Positions 18,055-26,067 of a stretch of DNA of 32,000 bases are shown here, piece after piece. Positions within the stretch are counted from its first letter, which is position 1. Each line of letters begins with the position of its first letter. Position numbers and translations under genes: made by a program. Source of the stretch: Natranaeroarchaeum sulfidigenes (lineage in GTDB: Archaea; Halobacteriota; Halobacteria; Halobacteriales; Natronoarchaeaceae); contig NZ_CP064786.1 in assembly GCF_017094485.1 (NCBI RefSeq), positions 2,514,788 to 2,546,787 of the forward strand, given 5' to 3'. The notes below the pieces were generated by a model. The model was not told the origin of the DNA. It searched no databases and was given only the letters and a program-made list of their open reading frames with translations.

Positions 18055-18579
18055 GTGACCGTCACATCGAGGGACGTGCCGTCCGATGTCCGAATACGAC
18101 AGGCCGAGCGTGCGGATCTGCTCGCCGTTTACCGCATCGAGAAGACCTCATTTGGGAGCCCGTGGCCGTTCGAGGCGTTCGAGCGACAGCTCTCCGAGCC
18201 GGGCTTTCTCGTCGCCGTCGATGACGAGGAGACCGGCGAGACCATCGACACGGCAGCCGTCATCGGTTTCGTCGTTGCGGATCTCGTGCCGAATCACGGC
18301 CAGCCGCTGGGGCACATCAAGGACCTGGCAGTCCATCCCAAGTACCGGGGAAAGGGGGTCGGGACGGCACTGCTTCGACGCGGACTGGACGCGCTGTACG
18401 AGCAGTCGGTTCGCTCGGTAAAGCTCGAAGTTCGGGAGAGCAATGAGGGCGCACGTCGGCTTTACAGCAGGTTCGGGTTTCAGCCGCTGCGGCGCATCCC
18501 ACGATACTATGACGACGGCGAGGACGCGATCATCATGGTCCTGTCGCGCAAGGACCGCACCGGACAGACGAACGACTGA
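18055..18579 (+). CDS. rimI: N-alpha-acetyltransferase, RimI/Ard1 type
   Basis: IRQAERADLLAVYRIEKTSFGSPWPFEAFE, HPKYRGKGVGTALL (acetyl-CoA motif) and RRLYSRFGF. No in-frame ATG. The track starts at GTG 17965. I prefer GTG 18055, with a TATA-like element about 28 nt upstream, or GTG 18076. Start uncertain. Confidence 0.8.
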   Translation: MTVTSRDVPSDVRIRQAERADLLAVYRIEKTSFGSPWPFEAFERQLSEPGFLVAVDDEETGETIDTAAVIGFVVADLVPNHGQPLGHIKDLAVHPKYRGKGVGTALLRRGLDALYEQSVRSVKLEVRESNEGARRLYSRFGFQPLRRIPRYYDDGEDAIIMVLSRKDRTGQTND

Positions 18580-18644
18580 CGCCCGCCAACGTGAGCTCCA
18601 TCCCGCAACCGGACGCGCTAGTCTTTTCCACCTGACCCGCCAAC
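18577..18644 (+). repeat. Direct repeat TGAC(G)CCCGCCAAC flanking the TATA-like box of the DUF5810 gene
   Basis: TGACGCCCGCCAAC at 18577-18590 and TGACCCGCCAAC at 18633-18644. TATA-like TCTTTTCC at 18621-18628. Confidence 0.4.
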
Positions 18645-18652
18645 CCACGCCC

Positions 18653-19057
18653 ATGGGATACGCCTGTCCGGTGTGCGAGGCTCCACAGGCCGATGGGGAA
18701 CACCTCGCCAACCACCTCGCGATCACCGCGATTATGGGTCGTGAAGGGCACGAGGAGTGGCTCGACGAACACGCCCCCGAGTGGGAGGACTCGACCCGGA
18801 GCGAACTCGCCGAAGCGGTCGTCGAGCACGTTCCAGAGACGGAGTTTCCGCAGTTGTTCGAGGACACGACCGATGGGCACGGCCACGGTGGGCAGTCAGG
18901 AGCCACGCTCGAACAGGAGATGGCCCGCCAGACCGCGGGCCGCGGGCGCGGTGACCTCACCGACGAGACGCGGGACGTGCTTGCCGAAGCGCGCGAGCTG
19001 ACCGAGGAGATGCTGGACGCGGGGGAAGAGACGACGGGGGCCCCCGACGAGGAGTAA
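18653..19057 (+). CDS. DUF5810-like small zinc-finger protein with an acidic tail
   Basis: Start at MGYACPVCEAPQADGEHLANHL (C-x2-C-x8-H-x3-H), ATG 18653. TATA-like TCTTTTCC at 18621-18628. The longer track ORF (18443) has an Arg-rich, non-halophilic N-terminus. Confidence 0.65.
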   Translation: MGYACPVCEAPQADGEHLANHLAITAIMGREGHEEWLDEHAPEWEDSTRSELAEAVVEHVPETEFPQLFEDTTDGHGHGGQSGATLEQEMARQTAGRGRGDLTDETRDVLAEARELTEEMLDAGEETTGAPDEE

Positions 19058-19103
19058 GGATCGAAGTCGGAACCGGTAACTTCCCCGGCCCGAACCGTCG
19101 GAT

Positions 19104-19517
19104 ATGCACACGACGGGACTATTCTCCCCGGACGACGAATCCGAGGCCGTAGAGACCTACGACTCGCTGGGACCGGCCGCCCAGACCGTCGTCAAGGAGA
19201 CGGCCAAGGCGATGGCGTTTGACGCCGACGAGTACGGCGAGCGTGTAACTGGCGACGTGATCGAGACCGCACGAGACGCACTGTTTGCCTCGCTGCTCTC
19301 GGTTCAGGTCGGAACCACCGAGGAGTTCGAGGCGTGGCGTGACGGCTTCGACGGCGAGGTCGAGGTGCGGGGGAGCGAGCACGTCGACAACGTCGTCTGG
19401 CACGTCGCGCCCGGCGGTCGGGCGGTCGCGGCGACGTTCCAGAGCGAGGAGCAGGCGGCTGTCGGGACGCTCCGGCGGCAGGCGTTCGGGACGATCTATC
19501 GAGATATACTCAGGTGA
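19104..19517 (+). CDS. DUF5809-like protein
   Basis: 137 aa, acidic. SLGPAAQTVVKETAKAMAFDADEYGERVTGDVIETARDALFASLL matches my recollection of the DUF5809 family, which usually neighbours DUF5810. Confidence 0.65.
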   Translation: MHTTGLFSPDDESEAVETYDSLGPAAQTVVKETAKAMAFDADEYGERVTGDVIETARDALFASLLSVQVGTTEEFEAWRDGFDGEVEVRGSEHVDNVVWHVAPGGRAVAATFQSEEQAAVGTLRRQAFGTIYRDILR

Positions 19518-19554
19518 CCACCGAACTCAATTGTCCGGAGACCGTAGTCCGACT

Positions 19555-19833
19555 GTGACACTGGATCCGGTTCGACTCGGACAACGACTGGACGACGAGT
19601 TCGGCGGCAAGCCCGGTGAACAGCGTGTCGTTGCCCGGCAGGCTGTCGACCTCGCCGACGCAAGCAAGTACGAGGCCGATACGGGGGCAGAGCTAACGGT
19701 CCAGGAGATCATCAGCCACCTCGCCGACGCGCCGGAAGGGACACCTGCCGAGCGCTGGAACTGGTGGATAGGCTCGCTCGACGTCGCCTACGGCGGCTAC
19801 GAGCGGTTCTCAGTTCGTCGCTACCCCGAGTGA
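19555..19833 (+). CDS. Hypothetical small acidic protein
   Basis: The distal part of track ORF 19285-19833 is acidic and protein-like (LDPVRLGQRLDDEFGG...VQEIISHLADAPEGTPAERWNWWIGSLDVAYGGYERF). The upstream part overlaps DUF5809 and is Arg-rich. No in-frame ATG after the DUF5809 stop. Candidate starts are GTG 19555 or TTG 19531. Confidence 0.45.
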   Translation: MTLDPVRLGQRLDDEFGGKPGEQRVVARQAVDLADASKYEADTGAELTVQEIISHLADAPEGTPAERWNWWIGSLDVAYGGYERFSVRRYPE

Positions 19834-19889
19834 GTCGCGGGCGGTGTCGAAACCGACAGCTCCGTGAGTCACGAGTCCGTCGACCCCGT

Positions 19890-20453
19890 ATGGACGACTC
19901 CGAACAGCAGGGGACGACGAGAACAGGCGACGACTGGACGGTGCTCGAATCGGTCACCGAATACGAGACCGGCTGGTACGAGGGGGGATACGATCTGGTC
20001 GAACAGCCAAACGGTACGACAAAACGCTACTACTGGGCCGAGCTTCCGCCCGCAGTCGTGATCGTTGCCGTCACGAACGACCAACTGGTCTGTGTCGAGC
20101 AGTACCGGCCGACGATTCACGAGAGCCAGCTCGAACTGCCCGCCGGGATCGTCGAGGATGGTGAGTCCTACACTACGGCGGGAGCACGTGAACTCCGTGA
20201 GGAGACCGGCTTCGAGCCGTCGGGCACCTCGCTGTTGCAGACGTATCAGGTGGCGACCGGCGTGCTCCGCCACGAACGTGGAATCGTCTTCGCCGAGGGG
20301 CTAACGCCGGTCGAACAGGAACTCGACGACAACGAGTTCCTCGAGGTCCGGACAGTTCCGGTCGATGAGGCCGTCGAGCGCGTACGGGACAATCCGACTA
20401 ACGACGCAACGATCAACGGCGTGTTGCTTGCAAAAGAGGATGGGCTACTGTAG
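19890..20453 (+). CDS. NUDIX hydrolase (ADP-ribose pyrophosphatase-like)
   Basis: Start at MDDSEQQ (ATG 19890). Complete Nudix box GIVEDGESYTTAGARELREETGF. Confidence 0.85.
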   Translation: MDDSEQQGTTRTGDDWTVLESVTEYETGWYEGGYDLVEQPNGTTKRYYWAELPPAVVIVAVTNDQLVCVEQYRPTIHESQLELPAGIVEDGESYTTAGARELREETGFEPSGTSLLQTYQVATGVLRHERGIVFAEGLTPVEQELDDNEFLEVRTVPVDEAVERVRDNPTNDATINGVLLAKEDGLL

Positions 20454-20581
20454 CGGCGACATCGCTTGCATATTGGTGACTGACTACCGTCGACGAAGCG
20501 CTTGTTCGAGCGTCACGTCACCCCGTACCACTGGGCGGACAGAGGGAAACGCGTTTTACCGGTGCCTACGGACCTGTGATA

Positions 20582-21775
20582 ATGAGTTACCGGATCGGAC
20601 TGGTCGGCAAGCCCTCCGTGGGCAAGTCGACGTTTTTCAACGCGGCGACGATGAACGACGTGCCCGAGGGAGCCTATCCCTTCACGACGATCGATCCGAG
20701 CGTGGGCGAGGCCTACGTTCGCGTCGAATGTGCGGCCCCCGAGTTCGGCGAGACGTGCACGCCTTCGGTCGGCTACTGTGAGGACGGGACGCGCTTTGTC
20801 CCGACGAAGCTGGTCGATGTCGCGGGACTGATCCCCGGCGCACACGAGGGCGCTGGGCTGGGCAACCAGTTCCTGAGCGACCTGAACGAGACCGACGTGC
20901 TGGTCCACGTCGTCGACTTCTCGGGCGAGACCGACATCGAGGGAGAACCGACTGAAGGCCACGACCCACGGGACGATATCGACTTCCTCGAAACCGAGCT
21001 CGACCAGTGGTACCTGAGCGTCCTCGGGAAGGGAATCGAGCGCTACGAGACGGGCTACACCACAGAAGACGACGATATCGAGGAGGAGCTCGCAGAGCAG
21101 ATGAGCGCGTTCCGGATCACCGAAGACGAGATCAAGCGCCTGATTCGGCGAGTCGACATCGGCTTCGACCCCGGGGAGTGGGATGATGACGATCGGCTCG
21201 AACTGGCCCGTGAGATCCGCCGCGAGACCAAGCCGATGGTGATCGCGGCCAACAAGATGGATACCCCGGAGGCACAGGAAAACTACGACGAGATTACGTC
21301 GGATCCTGACTACGAGCATCTGACGATGGTTCCTGCGAGCGCCCATGCGGAGAAGGCGCTCAAATCCGCCGCAGAGGCCGGTGTCGTCGAGTACACCCCC
21401 GGCACGAGCGAGTTCGAGATCGTCGGCGACATCTCCGGAAGTCAGGAGGCCGGACTCGAACAGATCCGGGAGTTCATCGACGAGTACGGTGCGACCGGAG
21501 TACAGGATGCGCTTGAAGCCGCGCTGTTCGACGTCCTCGGTGTTATCCCCGTCTTCCCCGGCGGCGCGAACGGCCTCGGAAACGAACGCGGCGAGGTGCT
21601 TCCCGACTGCTACCTTCTTCCGCCGAACTCGACTGCTGAAGACTTCGCGTACAGCCTTCATTCCGATATCGGCGAGGGCTTCCTCCACGCGATCGACTGT
21701 CGATCCAACCGCCAGCGTGGTGCGAGTTACGACCTCGACGAGCGCGACGTACTCGAAGTTATTACCACAAACTAG
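20582..21775 (+). CDS. ychF: Redox-regulated ATPase YchF/OLA1 family
   Basis: MSYRIGLVGKPSVGKSTFFNA (P-loop), DVAGLIPGAHEG (G3), NKMD (G4) and a C-terminal TGS-like region. The track begins at GTG 20576. ATG 20582 is preferred. Confidence 0.9.
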   Translation: MSYRIGLVGKPSVGKSTFFNAATMNDVPEGAYPFTTIDPSVGEAYVRVECAAPEFGETCTPSVGYCEDGTRFVPTKLVDVAGLIPGAHEGAGLGNQFLSDLNETDVLVHVVDFSGETDIEGEPTEGHDPRDDIDFLETELDQWYLSVLGKGIERYETGYTTEDDDIEEELAEQMSAFRITEDEIKRLIRRVDIGFDPGEWDDDDRLELAREIRRETKPMVIAANKMDTPEAQENYDEITSDPDYEHLTMVPASAHAEKALKSAAEAGVVEYTPGTSEFEIVGDISGSQEAGLEQIREFIDEYGATGVQDALEAALFDVLGVIPVFPGGANGLGNERGEVLPDCYLLPPNSTAEDFAYSLHSDIGEGFLHAIDCRSNRQRGASYDLDERDVLEVITTN

Positions 21776-21851
21776 TCCTTGTATCGACTCTAGGTATCGA
21801 AGGTGTTTGGGTGGTGGATTTTTGTAGGCCGTCGTTGCTACACATCATACG

Positions 21852-22316
21852 ATGCCGCCCAGCACAGTAACGTACGTCCAGAAAGCCTGTGCGTACATCA
21901 CCCGAACTGAGGGAGAACTGCTCGTGTTTGATGGTCCCGAGTACGAGAAAAAACAGGTCCCGAAAGGAACACTTGATGAGGACGAGACGCCGCGCGAGGC
22001 ACTGATACGCGAGGTGCGTGAGGAGACGGGACTCGAGGAGCTCGATTCCATTGACTACCTGACAACCGATCTCTGGCAGCGTCGCGAGCGCCGCTGGTAC
22101 GTCCGTCATTTCTTTCACGCGGTCGTTGACGAGCCCCGTGACGAGTGGGTTCACACGGTGACTGGAGAGGGCGAAGAGGTCGGTAACGAATACGAATGTA
22201 GCTGGATCGAGACGCCCGCTCAGGTTCAGTTCGCCCTCGATCTGGACGACTATCTTCACTTGCTTCGCCGTCAGCCGCTCACAGCGGTGCCAAGTCCACA
22301 GTCGAGCCAGCCGTAG
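21852..22316 (+). CDS. NUDIX hydrolase, second divergent copy
   Basis: 154 aa with a complete Nudix box GTLDEDETPREALIREVREETGL. The gene is visibly more AT-rich than its neighbours (not computed). Confidence 0.8.
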   Translation: MPPSTVTYVQKACAYITRTEGELLVFDGPEYEKKQVPKGTLDEDETPREALIREVREETGLEELDSIDYLTTDLWQRRERRWYVRHFFHAVVDEPRDEWVHTVTGEGEEVGNEYECSWIETPAQVQFALDLDDYLHLLRRQPLTAVPSPQSSQP

Positions 22317-22358
22317 CCGCCGAAGCGTTGATGTGCCTCTGATACGTGTGGCCGGTAG

Positions 22359-22844
22359 ATGGTTGGCGAGAGACTGTCAGTGCTCGCAGATCGGCTCCGT
22401 GAGGAACTGGACCGGGCACTGCTCGAAGATAACTCGCCTCAGGAGATTGCCGCTAGCTTCTCGATCGGCGTCTTCATCACGTCAATGCCGACACTCGGAA
22501 CCGGTCTGTTGCTGTTTGTGATCCTCGCGTATATTTCCGATCGCATCAGCAAGATCGCTCTGCTGGCCTCGGTGGTCGTGCTCAATCCCGTCGTCAAGTG
22601 GGGCGTCTACGCCGCGAGTTTCTGGCTCGGCATCCAGTTACTTGGCGTTCCCCCCGGTGGAGTTCCCTCGACGGTCTCGTTTTCGGCTGGCTCGGATATC
22701 GTCGTTCGACTGTTGGTCGGTAACCTGATTATCGGGGTTGTCTTCACTGCGATCGCCTATCCCGTTTCGCTCCGGCTGGTTCGGGAATGTCATCGCCGGA
22801 ATATCGAACCGACCGAGCTTCCCGCAGAGATCCTTTCGGACTGA
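22359..22844 (+). CDS. DUF2062-like membrane protein
   Basis: 161 aa. SPQEIAASFSIGVFITSMPTLGTGLLL...LNPVVKW pattern and 3-4 TM helices, as in DUF2062 proteins that accompany or are fused to glycosyltransferases. Confidence 0.65.
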   Translation: MVGERLSVLADRLREELDRALLEDNSPQEIAASFSIGVFITSMPTLGTGLLLFVILAYISDRISKIALLASVVVLNPVVKWGVYAASFWLGIQLLGVPPGGVPSTVSFSAGSDIVVRLLVGNLIIGVVFTAIAYPVSLRLVRECHRRNIEPTELPAEILSD

Positions 22845-22895
22845 CATGAACCGTGAGGATAACATTCAAGCGGCAGTCCCCGAAACCACCTGACG

Positions 22896-23825
22896 ATGGA
22901 GGTCTCCGTTGTCATCGCCGCACACTCGATGGCCCGCTATTCGGAGCTACGCGATGCAGTAGAGAGCATACTCGCCCAGAGATACGGGCAGGTCGAACTG
23001 GTCCTCGTTGTTGACGGCACCGACGCCGTCGCGGACCGCGCCCGGCGGGAGTTCGGCGACCGAGAATCCGTCCGAGTCCACTGTCTGCCGGAGAATCGTG
23101 GAGTCTCCGCGGCGCGGACTCACGGCGCAGAACTCGCCACTGGCGATGTCGTCGCCTTTCTCGACGACGACGCGGTCGCCAATCCGGACTGGATTGAGCG
23201 ACTCGTCACAGCCTACGACGACCACGGTGCCCTCGCAGTTGGCGGGAGGATGACCGGCGACTGGCGAGGTGGTCGCCCATGGTATCTTCCGACGGAGTTC
23301 GACTGGCTCGTCGGCGTCACCTACCCCAGCTTCGCCGAGGCGGGCGAGGAGGTCCGAAATACTTTCGAGTCGAACCTCTCGGTTCGGCGGGACGTCTTCC
23401 TCGAACTGGGCGGCTTCGATCCCGACCTCGGGCCGACCGCCGAGCGGTACCGTCACGGTGAGGGTGCAGCATTCGGCGAGCGTCTTCGGGCGGAGTACGG
23501 CCGCGGTGTCGTCTACGCCCCCGATGCAGTCGTCGAACACACGGTCTTTGAGTACCGAACGCGACCGGGGTTTCTCGCCCGGCGCGCGTTCCAGCAAGGC
23601 GTCTCGAAACGGCGGCTGTCACGTGAGCACACGGACCCGGACCGCTCCGCGAGCACCGAGGGTGCGTACCTCTTTCGGCTGCTAACCGAACACGTCCCAC
23701 TGCGGCTCCGTGCTCTCGTCACGTCGCCCTCACTCCGCTCTGTCGGACAGCTGTGTGCGCTCTGTGTGCTCACCGTACTGGTCGGTCTCGGCTACCTGTG
23801 GGCGATACTGGAGGAACTCCGATGA
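22896..23825 (+). CDS. Family 2 glycosyltransferase (Agl-type, dolichol-phosphate-sugar pathway-like)
   Basis: VSVVIAAHS..., LVVDGTD, NRGVSAART and the DxD motif FLDDDAV. C-terminal TM helix. Stop overlaps the next ATG (ATGA at 23822-23825). Confidence 0.85.
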   Translation: MEVSVVIAAHSMARYSELRDAVESILAQRYGQVELVLVVDGTDAVADRARREFGDRESVRVHCLPENRGVSAARTHGAELATGDVVAFLDDDAVANPDWIERLVTAYDDHGALAVGGRMTGDWRGGRPWYLPTEFDWLVGVTYPSFAEAGEEVRNTFESNLSVRRDVFLELGGFDPDLGPTAERYRHGEGAAFGERLRAEYGRGVVYAPDAVVEHTVFEYRTRPGFLARRAFQQGVSKRRLSREHTDPDRSASTEGAYLFRLLTEHVPLRLRALVTSPSLRSVGQLCALCVLTVLVGLGYLWAILEELR

Positions 23826-24874
23826 GGGTGGATCTGGTCACTCATCGGTACCCCCCGGACCTCGGCGGGATCGAGCGACACGTCGCTGAACTGGCCCGCT
23901 GGCTCGCGGGCGAGGGCCACGACGTTACCGTCCACGCGACCGACTGGGACGGCAGCTACGACCGCGAGACCCAGGACGGTGCGATTCGAGTCCGCCGCTA
24001 TCCCGCCGTCGCACCGGGAGAGGCGTACTACGTCTCGCCGCACATCGCCCGTGCAGTCTATCGCTCCGATGCTGATGTCGTCCACGCTCACGGCTATCAC
24101 TCGTTTCCACTCCTCTTTGCCGCGCTCGGCGCACGTTCGACGCCGCTGGTCGTGACGCCCCATTACGCGGGTCGCGGATCGTCCGACCTGCGAAAGCTGC
24201 TCCACCGGCTGTATGCACCCATCGGCGGCCGCGCGCTCCGCAGCGCCGACGCCACAATCGCAGTCAGCGAGTGGGAGCGCGACTGTCTCCGCGACGACTT
24301 TGGCTGTGACGCACGGGTTGTTCCGAATGGCATCGATATCGATCGGTTCGTCGCTGCGGAGCCCGAGGGGCGCGAGCGACCGTACCTGCTCTCAGTCGGT
24401 CGGCTGGTCGAGTACAAGGGGGTCCAGCATATCATCGACGCGCTCGCCAAACTTCCGGAGTACGACCTGATCATCGCAGGGAGCGGTGAGTTCCGTGCAG
24501 AGCTCGAAGCCCACGCCGCGGCACGCGGCGTCGACGACCGCGTCGAGTTCCTCGGCTACGTTCCGGAGGATCGCTTGCCCGGGCTCTATGCCGGTGCAGC
24601 AGCCCACGTCTTCCTCTCCGAATACGAGTGCTACGGACTGACAGTTGGCGAGTCGCTGGCTGCGGGGACGCCCTGCGTCGTCCGGGACGCGACCGCGCTG
24701 TCGGAGTGGACCGAATTTTCGGGCTGTGTCGGCGTCGAGGATGTCGACGCGGGGTTAGTCGCGGGCGCGGTCCGGGAGGCAGTCGAGTTGACGCCCCATC
24801 CCGACGCACTGATGACGTGGGGGGAGATGAGTGCGGAGGTATTGGGAGTATACGAGGCAGTTGTTGAGGAATGA
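23822..24874 (+). CDS. Family 4 (GT-B, retaining) glycosyltransferase
   Basis: Start at MRVDLVTHRYPPDLGGIERHV (ATG 23822). E-x7-E motif ECYGLTVGE. RLVEYKG linker typical of GT4. Confidence 0.85.
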   Translation: MRVDLVTHRYPPDLGGIERHVAELARWLAGEGHDVTVHATDWDGSYDRETQDGAIRVRRYPAVAPGEAYYVSPHIARAVYRSDADVVHAHGYHSFPLLFAALGARSTPLVVTPHYAGRGSSDLRKLLHRLYAPIGGRALRSADATIAVSEWERDCLRDDFGCDARVVPNGIDIDRFVAAEPEGRERPYLLSVGRLVEYKGVQHIIDALAKLPEYDLIIAGSGEFRAELEAHAAARGVDDRVEFLGYVPEDRLPGLYAGAAAHVFLSEYECYGLTVGESLAAGTPCVVRDATALSEWTEFSGCVGVEDVDAGLVAGAVREAVELTPHPDALMTWGEMSAEVLGVYEAVVEE

Positions 24875-24904
24875 GGTCGAGAAACGATTGGCCGACGTGA
24901 CTGC

Positions 24905-26041
24905 TCAGTCGAGCCGATCGACTACCGCAGCCAGTAGCTCCCGTTTGCTGTCCCAGAACTCACTTCGCTCCTTTTCGGCAAGCGAGTGCAGCAGGTACAG
25001 TAGCGGCAGGCCGGAGTACCGGCCTGGATCCGGCATCGCGTACTCTCCTATACCCTTCAGGTAGTCGTCGACGATTCTTCCTCCCTCCCCCTCGAACGTA
25101 CACAACTGGATGACTGCTGTCGGGTCGCGGGTGTCGTAGTGGGCGATCGTGAAGGGACGAAAGAGGTCGCGAATGACCAGATCCCGGCCAGCGCTCTCCC
25201 AGTCGACGATGTAGACTCGCTCACCGTCGACGAGCACGTTTCGGGTGTGGAGGTCCCGGTGTGCCCGCGCACGGAACAGAGTCTCGGGGAGGTCGAGTTC
25301 CGTAAGGAGGGCGAACGCCTGGCTGAACGGTGCCTTGGGGAGCAGCCCCCGCTCATCAAGTATCGACCTCGCGTCCTCAACGATTCCGGAAACCGTCACC
25401 GGCTCGGGATCTATCCGGTAGAGATGGGTAAGCTGTTCGAGGGCGTCGAGCAGGAACGGCCAGCCCTCGACCGGTGAGCGGGGATGATGACCGGTGACGA
25501 ACTGCTCGGCGAGGTAGGGGTAGTCCAGATCGTACTCGTAGAGTTCCGGCGCGTTGATCCCGGTCGGAAGTCCCTCGCGAGCGCGCGCCTCGTCGACGAC
25601 TCTGCTCGGGTCTCCTGCCGGAATCGTGTACACGATTCGCTCGTCGAGATCGACCAGCCGCGTCCGGTTGCTGAAGACAGCGACGTCAACGTCGACATCC
25701 GACGCTATCGTGATCGAACGCGCCGAAATCATTGGCACCAGTCGTGCCAGTGGGGGAACGATCCCACAGACGCGTAGCGTGTAGCCACCGAGCCGTCGCT
25801 TCAGTCCCTTACCGGCGATCATCCCCGCAACCGTCCGGAACGCCGCGCGCGTCGGCCGGAACAGGTAGTAGTGTTCCCCTGGGGGATCGAGTGCGTAGAA
25901 CGATCTGGGCTGTGGTGCGCCACTACTGACGTGTCCGGTGAACGCGGTGACGTGCGAGAGATCGGGACCCATCGAGTACCCGACCGTTTTGGACGGACCC
26001 CTATCAGTCTGTTCCGTCCGTCCGGCGACCGAAAACGGCAT
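24905..26041 (-). CDS. APH/choline-kinase-fold phosphotransferase (protein-kinase-like superfamily)
   Basis: Brenner motif HRDLHTRN (nt 25238-25261) and metal-binding IVDWESAG (DWE at nt 25196-25204). Start uncertain: ATG 26041 leaves only 26 bp to the divergent flippase ATG. The alternative is ATG 25972 (MGPDLSH...). Confidence 0.7.
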   Translation of the reverse strand: MPFSVAGRTEQTDRGPSKTVGYSMGPDLSHVTAFTGHVSSGAPQPRSFYALDPPGEHYYLFRPTRAAFRTVAGMIAGKGLKRRLGGYTLRVCGIVPPLARLVPMISARSITIASDVDVDVAVFSNRTRLVDLDERIVYTIPAGDPSRVVDEARAREGLPTGINAPELYEYDLDYPYLAEQFVTGHHPRSPVEGWPFLLDALEQLTHLYRIDPEPVTVSGIVEDARSILDERGLLPKAPFSQAFALLTELDLPETLFRARAHRDLHTRNVLVDGERVYIVDWESAGRDLVIRDLFRPFTIAHYDTRDPTAVIQLCTFEGEGGRIVDDYLKGIGEYAMPDPGRYSGLPLLYLLHSLAEKERSEFWDSKRELLAAVVDRLD

Positions 26042-26067
26042 AGCCGATTCGTCCGATAGGCCGACAG

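Noticed and set aside
20513-21688. 391-aa reverse-strand ORF opposite ychF, and 9432-10394 opposite metS
   Set aside because: Antisense to genes with complete P-loop/G-motifs and HIGH/zinc-knuckle motifs respectively. Their composition is atypical for this proteome.
21781-21800. GTATCGA direct repeat (21781-21787 and 21794-21800) after the ychF stop
   Set aside because: It is short (7 bp) with a single pair and no phasing or palindromic symmetry. It is indistinguishable from chance.
21762-22259. 165-aa reverse-strand ORF in the AT-richer region opposite the second NUDIX gene
   Set aside because: The plus-strand frame carries a perfect Nudix box and acidic composition. The reverse ORF has neither a motif nor a plausible promoter.
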